Assembly: GCF_003704095.1 (NCBI RefSeq)
Contig: NW_020847079.1
Location: forward strand, 124,001 to 188,000
From: Pocillopora damicornis
Taxonomy: Eukaryota
DNA length: 64,000 nt
Direction of reading: 5' to 3'
Below, piece after piece: positions 37,801 through 52,800 of the stretch. Made by a program: the position numbers and the translations under genes. Below the pieces are notes generated by a model. That model saw only the letters and a list, made by a program, of their open reading frames with translations. It was not told where the DNA came from and did no database searches. Within the stretch, counting starts at the first letter, position 1. Every line of letters starts with the position of its first letter.

Positions 37801-40800
37801 ACTTCCGCTCGTAATGACTCAGCTCTCGGCATCAACTCGTCCCAGCCCCTCAGGTACACGATATTTGGCCAGGCGCGGCCCAGTAGTCGGACAGAATAGG
37901 GCTGCTCCTGAAGTATGAACATCAAAAAGATACGGATTAAGACCATAGCAAGTTGTATTCGTCGTACAGTAGTTATAAGAATATAACAAGGATAAGTGTA
38001 AATGCAACAGGATATACACTGTGCCAATGATTTGCGTGTTGTCCTCCAGTTTGGAAAAATCCTCTTTGAGAAGTGACCAACGTGACTATGTTGTCTTTAT
38101 GTGCAAACACTCAACTCTCGCGAAGCCTCTCGACTTCATTCAACATCAACACAGCGGTCAAACGTGGGGTATGCACGAGGAGAGAAATTTTGGCCCGCAC
38201 GCGCGCGCCAATTTCTCGCCAGGAATTTCAAAGAAAATATAAGAAACAAACGCTGTCTCGCAAAAAAAAAATTGAAAAATTAATAGACATCTGTAAAAGG
38301 AAACAAAAGTAGAGAAAAGGACACCTCGAGACTTTTCGCACACAAGCACGAGTTTCTTGTTGATTTACTAATCTGTTTTGAGCTTTACCGAAAAAGTTGT
38401 ACGTTACTACGCATTGTGTGGTTGTTTGTAACTGATGTGAGACAACTTGATGTTGATAGCCTGAAAGCACGTCACCTAGTCATTACAACATTCGCACATG
38501 CGCAGACGTTTCCAAGATCACAGTCTAGTCTTACTCACCCCGTTGTTTATCTCCACGGAGACTTCATCGGCGTAAAGCTGACTTGGGTGATCCGGGTTGA
38601 AAGAGATAGTGATCTCTTTAGACTCGCCTGTAACGTATAAAAATCTTACATGAGTCAAAAAAATTCAGTTAAAAGCCAGCGATGTGATGATGTTAATTAT
38701 TCAGCTTGGTGAAATGTTCACATTTTATTCGCGTACCTGGGCCGATCACACCTTGAGCAGGAACACAGTCAAATACAGCCATCCCATTGTAATTCGACGG
38801 ACCTGGCAGAAAAGAAAAGAAAATTTTACAAACGTATGATTGACATTAGAATTGAAACAAGTTTTGACTACAGGTGGAAGGAGTGACACAAACGTAACAT
38901 CGCCTTTTCGCGAACAATCCTTTATATTGCTAAGTAAACAGTTTCCTCCACTAAGTATGACTGAAATAGTAAACTCGATTAAAGTAAAGAAGCATCCTTT
39001 CTTAACAGCGTACATGACTTTATGGGGACCGTTTTGGAGTGTATTTGAAAGCGTTTACAGTAACTATATTCCGGCAGGGGTCGTTTACAAGCTTTCTCAG
39101 CTCTAAGTTTTTTCCTTTCTTTACCTTTTAGTGCACATGCGACTGAACTGCTGGAAATGGACTAATTAGAGAAAGGTGTTCATTTTCTTTTCACGAGCGT
39201 GGGACGAAGAAAAACAATTCTGAGTCCCGATGAGGAATCGAACCACAGACCTTCGGATTCTGCCCTCCGATGCTCTAACACTGAACCATTAAGACTCTAT
39301 GGTAAGCCAGGCTTTTACAAATCCTAAGGTCTGAAGCTCTATGCCTCATGGCGACTCAGAATTTTTTCTTTTCTACAAGACAAAAGAATATCTTTCTCGT
39401 CTTTTTCTACTTCCTTACTGATCTCAAAATGTATCATCTTTCTTACTCTGTAATAGATCAGCTGTTTCACTAGCACATCGACGCAGCACATCAATTTTTT
39501 TACAAATACCAGAAAAAAAATATTTCACAGCATCAAAGATAGCAACAGCAGTAAAAGCCGTAACTGGTAGCTTCCACAATATCAATCTAACCTAACGCGT
39601 GCTGTTGAGTTTCTGACATCTCGCTAAACGGCGGAAGGAACCTGGGTAACACTTGCGCTCGGCTGTGACGTAATGGAGATAAGCTGTCAAGCTTCAGTGA
39701 ATAGGTGATTGACAGCTCTGAAGTGTTAGATATCTGCAAGAAGAAACAGCCGTCAAAATCAGGAGTTATTCTAAAAATTGGCTGAAGAGAGTCCAGTTGA
39801 GCCTTTTCTTTAGTTTTAGGCCCTTTTTCAGAGAGGGGGCTCAAGATATGGGGTTTTCCAAAGGGTGATTGAACTTATTTGTATAGTCTAGTCAGTGAGA
39901 AAGTTGAGGGAATGGAAACACAAACAGAACGAGGCCATGAATTTAAGTGAATTTTATGCAACAAGTGTCATAACAATGTTGCTGTCAGGTATGTTTTCGA
40001 ATACTGAGTTTCAAAAAATGGTTCTTTGAAACCTTGCGTACGTAACTTTTTTGCGGCATTGTTTTTGCGATTTGCAGCAATCACGCAAAGCCGCGTTCTA
40101 GAATAAACTCTGCAAAATGGGTTACGACGAAAAATACTGTAGCTGTGTTCGATGACGTTTCCAGGAACAAATAAGAAAAATAGTAAGGGAAAGCCGTTAG
40201 AATTGCCACGTTATATTCATGCCAACGCAGAGAAACAACCTCATACTGAGACACGACGACGTCTTCTCGTTCCCGCTTATCTTTATTCTTTGTCATTGAA
40301 ACGGGCGATGACAGATTAAATGGGAATGAGGTCTGGCTACCTTATTATACAATGATCCCACAAAATCACGAAAAAAAGTATCACGGGTGAGAAGTCGACT
40401 CAGCAGACTGTTTTAGAAACCAAACGTGATCGCAAATCGGTTTGTTTAGCTACATTTTTGCTTGAACCAACAGGAAAATATAACCACTCATCTCAATAAG
40501 ACATATTTCGCTCTAAAAGTTATATTTACTACATCACTCCGCTACGCTTGTTCAGCCCCAGTACTTGCGTCCTAAATCAATAGTCTATTTAGGTTAGTGC
40601 ACGTAATGCCCAAGAACACAACATAGCGACTTCGCCCCGGACTCCAAAAGAGACCTCTTGATAAGTGCACGATAACCAGATCAAGTGATCGCATCTCACA
40701 TCACAGGTACAACTGCAAATTTATCAGCACATAAACCCTCCTGATACTTTGGAGGGGGTAAGGGGAGAAAAACTCTCTAAAAATATTTTATCTCATCGAT

Positions 40801-43800
40801 ACATTCTTCCTTTTTCTTACCTTAAAACTGGACGAGATCGTGTCACCAACTAGAGCGTCTCCTAAGTCCAGCAGACCATCCTCCACTGACAGAGAGATCA
40901 CAGGTTGAACCCCCCTGCCCTTCAGCCTGAGGTATAGTGTATTCCGGGGGCACCGCACTTCTAAGACCTCATGGAACTAAGTGTCGACGGAAAAGACAAG
41001 GCTCGATTAGAACAGTGCCCTTATCAAATAAGGGAACGTTGACTTACGTGAAAAAATGCGCTGCAAAATTGTCTCGACAAAGGTTGTAAGAGTTAACTTA
41101 CGTGCGAATAGAAACAGCTTATCTCGAACCTCTAAGGCCACGAAGCAGGGTCTAAATTTCATTGAATTTACATCCAAACGACAGTAAGAACAATTGCAAT
41201 CTTGTTTCCAGAGTCCTAATTCCCTTTTCTAGTGGTCGAGAAGAAGGAATGTGGTCTCATCGAAACAGAGGCCGCATTTGACCAGCTGTTTCTTTCTTAG
41301 TAATTTTGCTAGGTAACGCTGTTTTAACGTTATTGTTCTATGTTAACTTGATTTTATACTCGTTTAGCGGTAACTACACAATAATAGGTTATAGAGAAAG
41401 ATGGTTTATCTAAACACAAAAAACATCAAAAAAATCAAACACGAAAGGAAAATTTATCAGAAATTCAGCACGCAGAAGATCGAAGCTTGATATCAAAACT
41501 TTACGAACAACATTCACCAATAAACTATGGGAACAAAGTCTTCAAACTCTATGGTCAGTCCCTCGGAGACTCTCCCTGAAGCCAATAGTTGAATGATGAA
41601 TTTTAAAATTTCAAAATGAGGCTATTCTACAATGATAACTGGTTATCTGTGGTTAGAAATGACGAAGATTAACATGGATTGCAAATAAAAAACGCTCTTG
41701 GTTCTTCAAATCCTGATATTCATGTTCTTTCTCTAGTTTCACCCCACAAAGTCGAAATCTTACCTCTTTGGGAGCGTTAGGACCGAACGACACAATCACG
41801 GTATGAGTCGCTTGGGGATCCAAGGTCCTTAATGCGTTCAACATCTGAAAAGGACCGTGAGGATCTAGTAACGAGGAGCTCAACTGAAAAGCGGAACATA
41901 AAAAAGAGAGTGTGTGACAATACTTAGCAACCGTGAACAAGTAAGTATAGAATTAAACAAATATTTTAAAAAAATGAAGACTTCGTAAAGAGCACAGAGA
42001 ACAAGCCCAGACAAGAAACACAGCGTTAAAACTCTTAACATCCATTACGTAGCTAGGAAGCAAACTCCACAGACTCTTTAGTCAGTTCCCTAGAGACTCT
42101 TCCTGAAGCTGAAAGTTTACTGCTGAATTTTGGTACCAATTCGGACTATTCTACCATGATTACTGGTAGCATTACTTTGTAGCATTTTTCAGTGTTTCTC
42201 ACCTTTATTGGTTCGTCAGAAATATTTTGAATGGTGAAACTTTTAATCTCCGATCGACCTTTGTAAAACACAAACAAGCAGGGAGAAAAATATAAGAAAC
42301 AATACAACCATCACAAACCAAAATTACATCAAAAGGTCTTCAAAGTTTTGGCGTCAAGTTACGAGCTGTAACACCGCTCACAACGTATAAAGGATCACTA
42401 AAAAAAACGACACTATTATTGTGAAACTTTTCCACTAACAGATTCTTTGTTTTGACCCTTTAAATTGATCAATATTTAACTTCTCCCTATAATATCCATA
42501 CATTATCCAGCAAACAAGTAATGAGAATACTCAAACTCATCAGGTAGAAGTTGTCATCTTGATCTGACAAAAAATTCTTGTGACTACTTTACTAGGAAAT
42601 GTGTATTAGCCAGAGGGGAGAATTAACAATCAGATCTTGGGAGTTAAGTTAACGTGGACAACAGAATAACGCTGATGGATAGCTGACTGATGAAAAAATA
42701 AAGTTTCTGTGCGGAAAATTCTTTTCCTTGACGCAACTCACGAGCACAACAATATATTTTTTTATCTTACCAAGGGACACATTTGCAAAGTCCACAACAG
42801 ATCTTCCACTGTCAGATACGACCACCAAATGGGGCCGGACGGCCGGGCAGTGAACCTCTAGATAGATCGTGTTGTGAACACTGTGAAAGAAACAGAGAGA
42901 AACGATGTTAATATTTACGCACGAATATTCAAGCAGAAAATAATATTCACAGCTGAAGATCAGGTTTACGCCTGCGACACCAATAAAATGTTTTCCAACC
43001 ACACCAATGCCTTTGTGAGGTTTTTCACAAATTTCACTGTTCGCATTAGTCGGGTAAATTGGCACTGATGTCCTGGATCGAAATAAAGTTTGGTTGCTTC
43101 CAACTTTGTTATGCCCGAGTATTTGACAAAATCATAAGTGTTTCGGTGATATTTTCTTCATGAGGACAATTTTTGATGCTTGTAGGAACGAAAATGCATC
43201 TCGTCAACGCCTTATCTTGGAGATATCACTAAACTAAGCCAAGAAGCGGTGAATAGCTTGAGAAAACGGCGCAGTAGTTAATGCATTGTAGAAGACTCGA
43301 CCAAGATACCTTTAAACAAAATTCTAAATGGCTTAAGGGAAGTTCTACCCCCTATATTTCTTAACAAATTTGTGACAGCGTTAATGCAGCTCAAGGGCAT
43401 CTGCTAAAATCTCTCCTAGAAAATCTCACCTGCATGACAAAGAGTTAGGCTCAGTACATCGCCCAGGGGCTACGAAGCAGGGAACCAAGTATCTAGAGAA
43501 CGCATTCTGATAAGTCCTGAGTAAAGCCAAGTGGGCTGACTCGTATTCATTGGACCTGGAAGACAACAACAAACAATTTTTTTTTAACTCATCTAAACAT
43601 CTTCATCCACCTACTTTTACTCTTTCGGCTTTATTGACTCTTGCGGTAATAAGATGCTCATAACACAGCCTACATTCGCAGGCATGGGACACCTAATTGG
43701 AACACCTCTTGCTCCTACTCTCCCTTAAATCAACCGTTAGTTTTTCGCCATCCATGCTAACGAAGGGCTAACGCTCGAAACGTCAGCTTTAGGAACTGTT

Positions 43801-46800
43801 TATTATGGGAAGTTTACATTATCAACTCAGTTGATGAAATCAAATTTCGCCCCCTCCCCCCACAAACGACACAGCACCACAGTTTCTTTAGAAACTGTCC
43901 CCTTAATTCAAATGTAGTTTAATGTTATTTGGGCTGGGTATTTGCCCTTCTAATACGGAATTTAAGTGTAAGTTCTTGAACACCCACCCGTCAATTACAT
44001 CAGCGACAGTGAAAGTTTTGGTTGGAGTCTTCGTGGTAGCGGCGAGGTTGGTGTTGCTCGGCGTATTTCCTCGCTTTGGTGATGCCTTGGCACTCTTTCC
44101 AGCCTGAGCTTTGCCACCTTTCTTTTTCTGTTATAGCAACGAAAAGAAGAAACGAAACAATCAAGCCGAAAGCTACCCAGTTTAGCCTCTGTCTGCGGGA
44201 CATCCCTCCCCCTCTTTAAAAGTATTCCTTCAATGACAGTCTCAGATACAAAAGTTATAGAATAATTTTTTCAGTGGCCACAAAAGTTGCGTACTTTGAA
44301 AGGAGGTCTTCTCCACGTAAAGGTTCATCAATACCTAAATACGCAATGGAGAACCAAACAACTCCACACAGCTGGATGTTAACCTGGAGCGCAAAGTATA
44401 CCTACTCCCCCTTGGACAGGATGCTAGTCCATAGCAGGTTACTCCCCGAATTTCGCCAATTTTCCAAATACTTTGCCGGTACCCCTTTACCTTCCGCCCT
44501 GCGCAAAATTCAATCCAACCTTAATGTAAACGACTACACAGTTGATACGAAAAAGCACTCACTGTTTGTCGCGAGCAACGAAAAGTTACTAACAAGGACT
44601 CTTACCTGTCCTGTATTTTGCTCCTGAGGCTTCTCTGGAGGTGACGCTAGTTCCAGTCTCTTCCTTTCAGCCTCAGCTTCTCGTTCCATCATACGCACGG
44701 CCTCTTGTCGCACCATATTTGGATCCATACGAGGACTGAAGGTCACATGAACAAGGCAGCGCTGAAACAAGAACGGACTCAGGTGATCAAACAGAAAGTG
44801 AAAAAAAGGCGACTCGGCAGCTGCAGTCTAACAATCACAGTTCAACAAGAGATTAGGCAAATGCAGTGCGACTCGATCTCGTTGATTTACTGTAAATGTA
44901 AACTAATGCATTACGCGTCTGTCGAAAACCTATCGAAGAATGGCGAAGAAAAGGTCTCACGTTTCCTGTGTACTTATAGTTAATAACCAAGATCACCTCG
45001 TGCAGTAATTGTGGTTAAATTCAACAAGAAGTTGGGACGTTAGGGAAAATCTAGCCTGAGCAAAATCGCTAAGCGGAGGGTACCAAGAGTCTCGGATCAC
45101 AGAGCTTTCTTCTAAACGTCAAAAATAACTTCAATTCCAAAAGTAACTTCAATTCTAGCTCTAATTCCAACTTCAACTACTTTCGACTACGACTACAACT
45201 ACCTCTGATTAACAATTATTTGCCGAAGGAGAAGTGAATATTGTTGAATAATCCTAGCGACGAAGTGTCTTTTCGTACCTTCAGTGTATTTTAAACAGCG
45301 TATCGAGGGGAAGAGAAGCGAGAGTTGAGGGTAAAAAGGTTGAAGTCCTATAAACAAGAAATAACTTTAAAACGTACCTCTCCCGCGTTGACAGTGCCTA
45401 CAGCTGGGGACACAGTCAGGGGTGCATCAGCAGGGACCATAAATTCGAACGACGTGGGGCCTACCTCTACAATGGGACCTGAGCCAATTCTGGGCACTGG
45501 ATGGGTGAATTCATTTGCGCTGGTGTGAGAGTTGATGACTTCAATGTGAGCCGCACATGTATCCGAGACAGCTGTGGCTTTCATTTTGATTACAGAGTGA
45601 GAGAGTTCCAGCGGAGGAAGGACGCCCACTGCTCTACAGTGAAGTTTGAACTCACGGCCGATGCCAGTCTTACAAGTGAGATCAAACTCATATTCCTACA
45701 AGCGAGAGAAAAGAACGGTTCCGACCCCGTAAGAATAGGAATCTTACTAAAATAAAATATTGTTACCAAATGAATGTCCTTAACTACTAACTTTGGCAAA
45801 GAAAGCTTGTCAAAATTATATGTAGTAAATTATATTTTGACCAACGGATGATATTCAGTAGAGAAATAACCTAGCAAGTGAGGTTCAATCAAAGGGACTG
45901 CAGAAATGAACTTTGTAGCTTTCATACGCGGATCATTTCTTAAATATCAAACGTGTCAAAGAAAATTTGTCGGGGTACAATTTTTCATCGATATCTGCTC
46001 TAGGAAATTTTCGTCCTTGATAAGTCATTGACATGCAAGTGGCCCAACCAGATGAAAACTTGTCGCACGTATCCAATTACACTGCCATGGGTAAAATTGT
46101 AAAGGGAAAACTTATCAAAGACAATTGGCTGGTACATACATGGCTTGGCGCATTTATATTGAGTAAAAACAGCCGATCAGAACTAAGTAAAGTATTAGTA
46201 GGAGCCAACGAGAAGGAAAACGCAAAGTGATCAAGTCACAAGTGGTTTTAGATCTGCTTCTGATCAGTTGATAGAGTCGCGGGAGTTTGTTCAAACCTAA
46301 AACAGGGCGAAGAAAAGCAAAATCAACATAATCTCGGATCATTTTAGACACTTAATTGAAAGTCACTCTCACCGCTGACCGTTCTATTACATGACTCACT
46401 TTAGCTTTTTTGGCGTTGAACATGATGTCCACATCAAAGCTCTCCAATGGCAGCAGGGTACCGAATCCATCATTAGGCTGAACATCAACCGTCTGAAGTA
46501 TTCAAAATTACAAAGCTATGAGATATCGGCGCAGAATACTGGGCATTAATGTTTAAGAGAAGGAATAATACCAGGAGTTTTAATTTAAAATGACAATCCG
46601 AAATCTCTGCGACAGAGGTTTAAAGTTAGGATCACACTTCAAAATCTCTGAAAAATCTTAAGCTCTGACGCACATCGGTGATTGCAAATAAGTTGATTTT
46701 CTTTCATAAGGATGCACTGTTAGGCAATAGTCTTCCTTGAACTAAATTTAAATTCTACTAAGTTTTGAAGTTTTCCGTATTCCTAAGTGCAGTCGCAACA

Positions 46801-49800
46801 GAACAGATGAAAACACTACTCACATCAGGAACTCCACAAAATCCGAATTGTTGAGGTAATACAGACTTGTTAGTTAAAGTCACTGTTCGTCTCACTGACT
46901 CCAGCACTGTGCAGAAACCAAAGTCAATCGCTTGAACGTTGAACTCGATATCTGATGACGTCACTATCGCTCTTACTGTGAACGGAACTGGCCGCGTCTT
47001 ACAAATGAAAAAAAAAGAAGCTATTTAAGCGCACAGCGACACGAAATCTCACAAGAGAGGCTAACATTTTCACACGCATGCGTACATCAACTACAAAAAA
47101 GTACAAAATGTCACGAAACGTCGCATCCACTGCGAAGAGTTGCAAATCATGTTATTTCTGTACACATTACAGAAGAAAAGCACAGTAGAGGAGTATCACT
47201 CACAAGTGCACGCACTGTCACGAACCTTGCACAAGAGTACAAGATCACCACATGTAACATACAACACACAGAAAAGAAATCCCATAGCAGCGATTTCAAT
47301 AGCTCTTTCTATAAGCGACTGTCGTTATTGTAATTGACGGCTATGCTCGGTTAACCCTTTAACTCCCAAGATCTCATTAGTAATTCTCCTTACTGTCTGC
47401 CATACAATTCTTGTGATGTTAGTTTGGAGAATTTGGAATTGGATCAACCAATAATCCCCTGATTGATATTTTTCTTCATTCTCATTACTTGTTTGCTTGA
47501 TATTGTACTGATAGAGTAGGGAGAAATTCTGTTTAGGTCACTAGTGAGACTTAAAAGGTTTAGGGGCCGTAAGGCAAAACCAAAACACGAAAGCCTGCTC
47601 GTAAGCTAAACAGACGGCGGTATGAGGCCTTATAGGTGGCAGTAGACCGCTTGCAACCGGATGTTATTGAAATCTGTGCCATTGCCCAAGCATGAAAAAC
47701 GAAAATCAAAATTTTCTGTCACAGATTGCTTTTTCTTGGCTGTTAATTTACCAAGACCAAAGCGAAGGCTGAAGTAAATAAGAAATTAGTTAATTAGAGA
47801 GTGCGGAGTAAACTAACCTGATCTGCGACACGTACGACCATAGGTGCCTCAAGCAGTCTGCTCTCTCCGTCAAAGTATGTGGGACAGTCATCTGGCAGAG
47901 TTTGTCTAAAACACAATCAGGCATATAATGGTCAACAACCTCTTACAACTAACCACAAAGCAGTGCAGGCTAAATAAATTATGGGAAAAGAAAAGCAAAG
48001 AAATCACAAGTAAAAATTAGTAGAAAATTTCAGTTTGCAGCATAATTTGTTGTGCCTATGGTCAAAGTTGTAGCTCTTGTCAAGGTTCACATGGCACTGA
48101 AGGTAACTCCCTCTTACCTTGGAAGGAACTTGAGCTGCGCAGAGAACTGGGACTCAGCTTGTATGTAAGCTGTCTTGGGAAGCAGTTCCAAGTGATTCCT
48201 CAATTCTTTACAAACTTCAAACTTCAGTCTGAGAGCTGAAGTGGCTCTATTGTTGACAAGTATTGCATCTTGATATAGCCGGTCGTACATGCACATCTTT
48301 AAGTCGACGACCTGATGAAGGAGGAGGTCGATTGATCGAAAAATATTCAGGCAATTCTGGCAGAGAACTGTATTTTTTTTAAGGAAAAATTCCACCCAGG
48401 CTCAGCTTAAAAGTTATGAATGTTTCTAACTAACCCTAAAATTTCTGATAAATAACAGAAATATAAATAAATATCGAAACCTCTAAACCCTTTGAATCCT
48501 AAGAGTGACTAGCATCTAATTTCTCCTTACAATATCATCCCTCAAAAACACACATGAAGGTCACGAGAGTAAAGGAAATGATCACCAACTTAAGAAGCTC
48601 TTGATTGTTAGACAAATTCTCCTTGTCTGCACCTTAGTAGACGTATGGAGAACAGTATTGAGAATATGCACACTGACGTTAGGGTGAAAAGGGTTGATAT
48701 CCCGAACAACATCCAGAAATTTGTGGGAGAAAAATGACGCGTTACCTCTCTCTCCACCCAGACAGGAACATCGATTCCCGTTCCTCGAGCTCGGATCACT
48801 ATCTGCAGACGAACAAAAATAGAAAAAAAAATAGTACATCCGCAACAGTGGCCTATTAGTATTAACAGGGCACTGTCTCAGTTGGAACATCCAAAGGGAC
48901 ACAAACTTTGCTCCCGACAGAAAAAAAGGCTGGTCTCATGGCCTTTGTCACTATTTTCAACTCCATTCAGGGGACACTTTTACTAGTCAAGGGAGGTATT
49001 CCCTGAATGGAAAAATCTAATCGCTAAGTAATTTCCTTTCACCAGGCAGAATGAAACCGAGCAACTTTCAACCTAAGAGGACGGTGTTACGCACAAAGCT
49101 TTCACTTACCGGGGGTGAGAGTGGATCTGAAAAGGATATCTCAAACTCGGCGAGGGCGTTGCCTGACTTGGTAGGATTAAATACCACTTCCACCTGGACT
49201 AAAGAAAACGGTGCAATTTCTCCAGAAGAAACCTGTTGATAGAAGAAAAAGAAAATATATAGCTAAACTACGAAGACACATAAACTAAACCTAGTTGGCA
49301 TACTTGGTATAGGATCATAGCTGTGAATCTTAAATTCATCCTTAGGCAAACAATTCCAAGACATATAAGTTGTCGTAACAGCACTGAAGAACAACACATA
49401 TTATATTCACCTTTCCGACTCTGAGACCTTCTAATATAGAGGTTTCTGTAGGGATTGATGAGATAGTCTGAGGTGCTGCTGAGGTCAGATCAACTGATAT
49501 ATGAAAGAAGAAAATGTATAGTCAAAACAGATATGCTGGTCATGAGTTTTGGTATTTAATTGAAAAACTACACCACAAACCATCTAGCTGGTCTCCAGTC
49601 TCTTCTGCTGGGGCGTGAACTTCGCCTTCAGTAGTTGCCAATCCCTTCTCGAACTTAACAGCACTACCAGATCTGGGCTCTAAGGCCTTCTCCGGGCTTT
49701 CGCCCTCTGTAAAGAACAACAAAAGTTATAAAAAACAGAAACAAACGAGTGACACCAGATGTGTCTCTGCTACAAGAGCAACGGTTTTTTCGATACCGAG

Positions 49801-52800
49801 CCGTATCAAAGAGATTCTAGCACCTCTATCGTTTGTTGTAAACGTTAACGAAGAGGACTTGTCAACGAAATTGTCACGACAAACTTAGTTTATTAAGATT
49901 TTCCATAACCCTTATACAATCAATTTCCTTGGTAGTGTCTATGTCGAATCATCTATAACAGTGGCATTGTCGTGAGCTCAAAGTACATTTTGCCACACGT
50001 TTTGTTTTCTCTCGGCATAAAAACAAAAGTGATCTTATATAAACGTCGACATACGACTTGGGCCGGACTACCTTGTTGACCTGGTTCACTAGGAATTTCT
50101 GTTACACCAGCCCCTTGAGGTTCTTTTGCGTCTTCTGCCATCCCCTCAGGGGGAACCTGTAGCTCCGTCGGGTTGGAGTCTTGCTGAGTCACATTCACGT
50201 CCGTTACAGTCTAGGAGACAGTTGGGGAATATTACATGAGACTGATAAACAAAAACTGCAAATTTACGTTAAATTTCATTACAAAATTGGCCCTCTGAGT
50301 CTGTATGGCTGTCAGATTTCGACAACATAATACCATTGATCGAAAGACGATACAAAAACACTATCAAATGATGAAAAATTGCCGTACAATTCATTTTTGT
50401 GCTGCGCCATCCTCTACACAGACAGTCAGTCTCACCAACTAAAAAAAGGGGGATAGGTTTCTAAAGAAACTGTGGTGCTGTGTCAGTGGCGGAGGGTAGA
50501 GGGTATTACAAGATAATTCAGTTTTATAAACTGAGTTGATAATGTAAATCGGCCACTGGAAAGAGTTTCTAAAGCTAAAGTTTTGAGCGTTCGCCTTTCT
50601 TCGACGAAGGACTAAAGCTCGAAACTTCAGCTTAAGAAACTCTTTAGGGTGGTCAATTTACATCATCAACTCAGTTGATAAAACCAAATTATCTTTACTG
50701 AAACAAAAGAGTTCCACATACCATTCCGCCGATAGAACTCAGCTCTGAAGAGGAGAGCGATCTCGCCAAGCCTGCGAAAAAAGAAGAGCAGAATAATTGC
50801 TTCACTCTTCCCTTAAAAACTGAAAATTTCTCTTCCTTTCTCACTATCACGTAGTTAGAAAATTGTCAAAAAATTTCAGTAACATCATTTCTTTTAAGCT
50901 TTGACACGTTCCAAAAACTCCCATCCCTTCCAGCATAAGCGGGGATTTAGGCTGATTAGAATATGTACAGGATTTTCAGTAATAGCACATTTTAAAAGAC
51001 AAAGCAGACGGGATGCCATTTGTCACGTTAGTGTTGCGCGCTCTCTTTGTTTGGTGCTTGACTGTTACGTTAGTAATGCGCGCTCTCTTTAATTGTTTCT
51101 TAGGTTAGTGATGCAAGCTTTCTTTTTTAGTGTTTCACTGTCATGTTAGTTACAAGTGCTCTCTGTTGAGTGTCTGACTGTTACGTTAGGAATGCGCGCT
51201 ACCTTTGTTTTGTGTTTGATTCTTAGGTTAGCAATGCCCGCTTTCTTTTTTCAGTGCTTGGCTGTTATGTTAGCGATGCGCGCTCTCTTTTTTTAGTATT
51301 TGATTGTTACGTTAGTTAAACGCGCTCTCTGTTGAGTGTCTGATTGTTATGTTTGTGATGCGAGCTCTTTTTGTTTAGTGTTTGATTGTTACGTTAGTAA
51401 GGCGCGCACTCGTTGCTAAGTGTTTGACTGTTACGCTTGTGATGCGCACTTTCTTTGTTAAGTGTTTTATTGTTAGATTAGTGACACGCCCTCTTTGTTA
51501 CGTGTCTGATAGTTACGTTAGTGATACGCTTTCTCTTGTTTCGTTTTTTGATTGTTACGTCAGTGATGCACGCTCTCTTTGTTTAGTGTTTAACTGTTAC
51601 GTTAGTAATTTGTGCACTCTTTGTTTGGTGTTTGACTCTTACGATAGTGTTGCGCGCTCTCTTTGTTTAGTACTTGACTGTTACGTTAGTAATGCGCGCT
51701 ACCTTTGTTTGGTGTTTGATTCTTAAGTTAAAATGATGCACGCTTTCTTTGTTTGGTGTTTGACTATTACGTTGGCGATGCGCGCTCTCTTTGTTTTGTG
51801 TTTGAATCTTACGTTAGCGATGCGCACTCTCTGTTTAGAGTTTAATTGTCACGTTATTGACGCGCGCTCTCTTTGTTAAGTGTCTAACGTTAATGAGTTC
51901 TCTTTGATCAGTGTTTCACTGTTATGTTAGTGATGCGCACTCTCTGTATTAAGTGTTTGATTATTACGTGTGTGTCGCAGGCTCTAATTTTTTAGTGTTT
52001 GATTGTTACGTTTGTGTCGCACGCTCTACTTTTTTTAGTGTTTGATTGTTACGTTTGAGATGCACGCTCTCTTGAAAGAACCGCGGCGTATGAAAGTGAA
52101 AAAGTACCGCTGTCACGGTGAGTTCTCGTCCTTTGTAAGCGCTCGCTTGATTGCCTTGAATATATGGGCGTATTCTAACGTTACGCCTCGACTTTGACAA
52201 TCAAACCCAGTCTTCTCAGCTTAGTTTGTGTCATAGACTCACTTCAGATGAACATGGCTTTTTAAACGAAACTGAAGTGAAATACCTGTTATCTTTCTGA
52301 ATGTAAATTGAGTTCCTAACGCTCCATTATTCGTAACGTTTATAATTCTCTTCCTGGTTTCTCCCAAGACTTGACTTCCAAATTCAACTTCGGTGACATC
52401 CTCTGAAATCTGAGGTACAGTTTACATTAAAAGCCGACCTACAAAAGAACTCGTTGGGCAGAATTTCTACTGAGATTCACAATATACAAAGCGATCTGCA
52501 AACCATAGTTAAGGCTATGACATAAGAATCCGTTATACAATTAGCAGTAAAAACATCAGTGCAGGGGTTTTTTAATAACCTTTTCCATAAGCAGCTACCG
52601 CCGATGGTGTAAAAGGCAGCTGTGCGCGAAAAGGGACAGTTAAACGAAACCCAAACATAAGGGCGTACTCGCAAACTAAAAAGACGGTGGTAAGAGTCTC
52701 ATGGGTGGCGGTAGACCGTTTGTAACCGGCTCTCAATGAAGCCCCTGCACTGAAAGATCGTTTTCGATTGAGTGTCGGAAGTCAAAACCAGTACAATCGA

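Noticed and set aside
39225-39290. tRNA gene
   Set aside because: Box A/B-like motifs only; the acceptor stem does not close, so it is treated as a SINE head.
51020-52075. CRISPR-like array or coding repeats (ORFs 50901, 51382, 52006)
   Set aside because: Head-to-tail diverged units with no unique spacers and no cas genes. The ORFs arise because the unit is 14 codons long.
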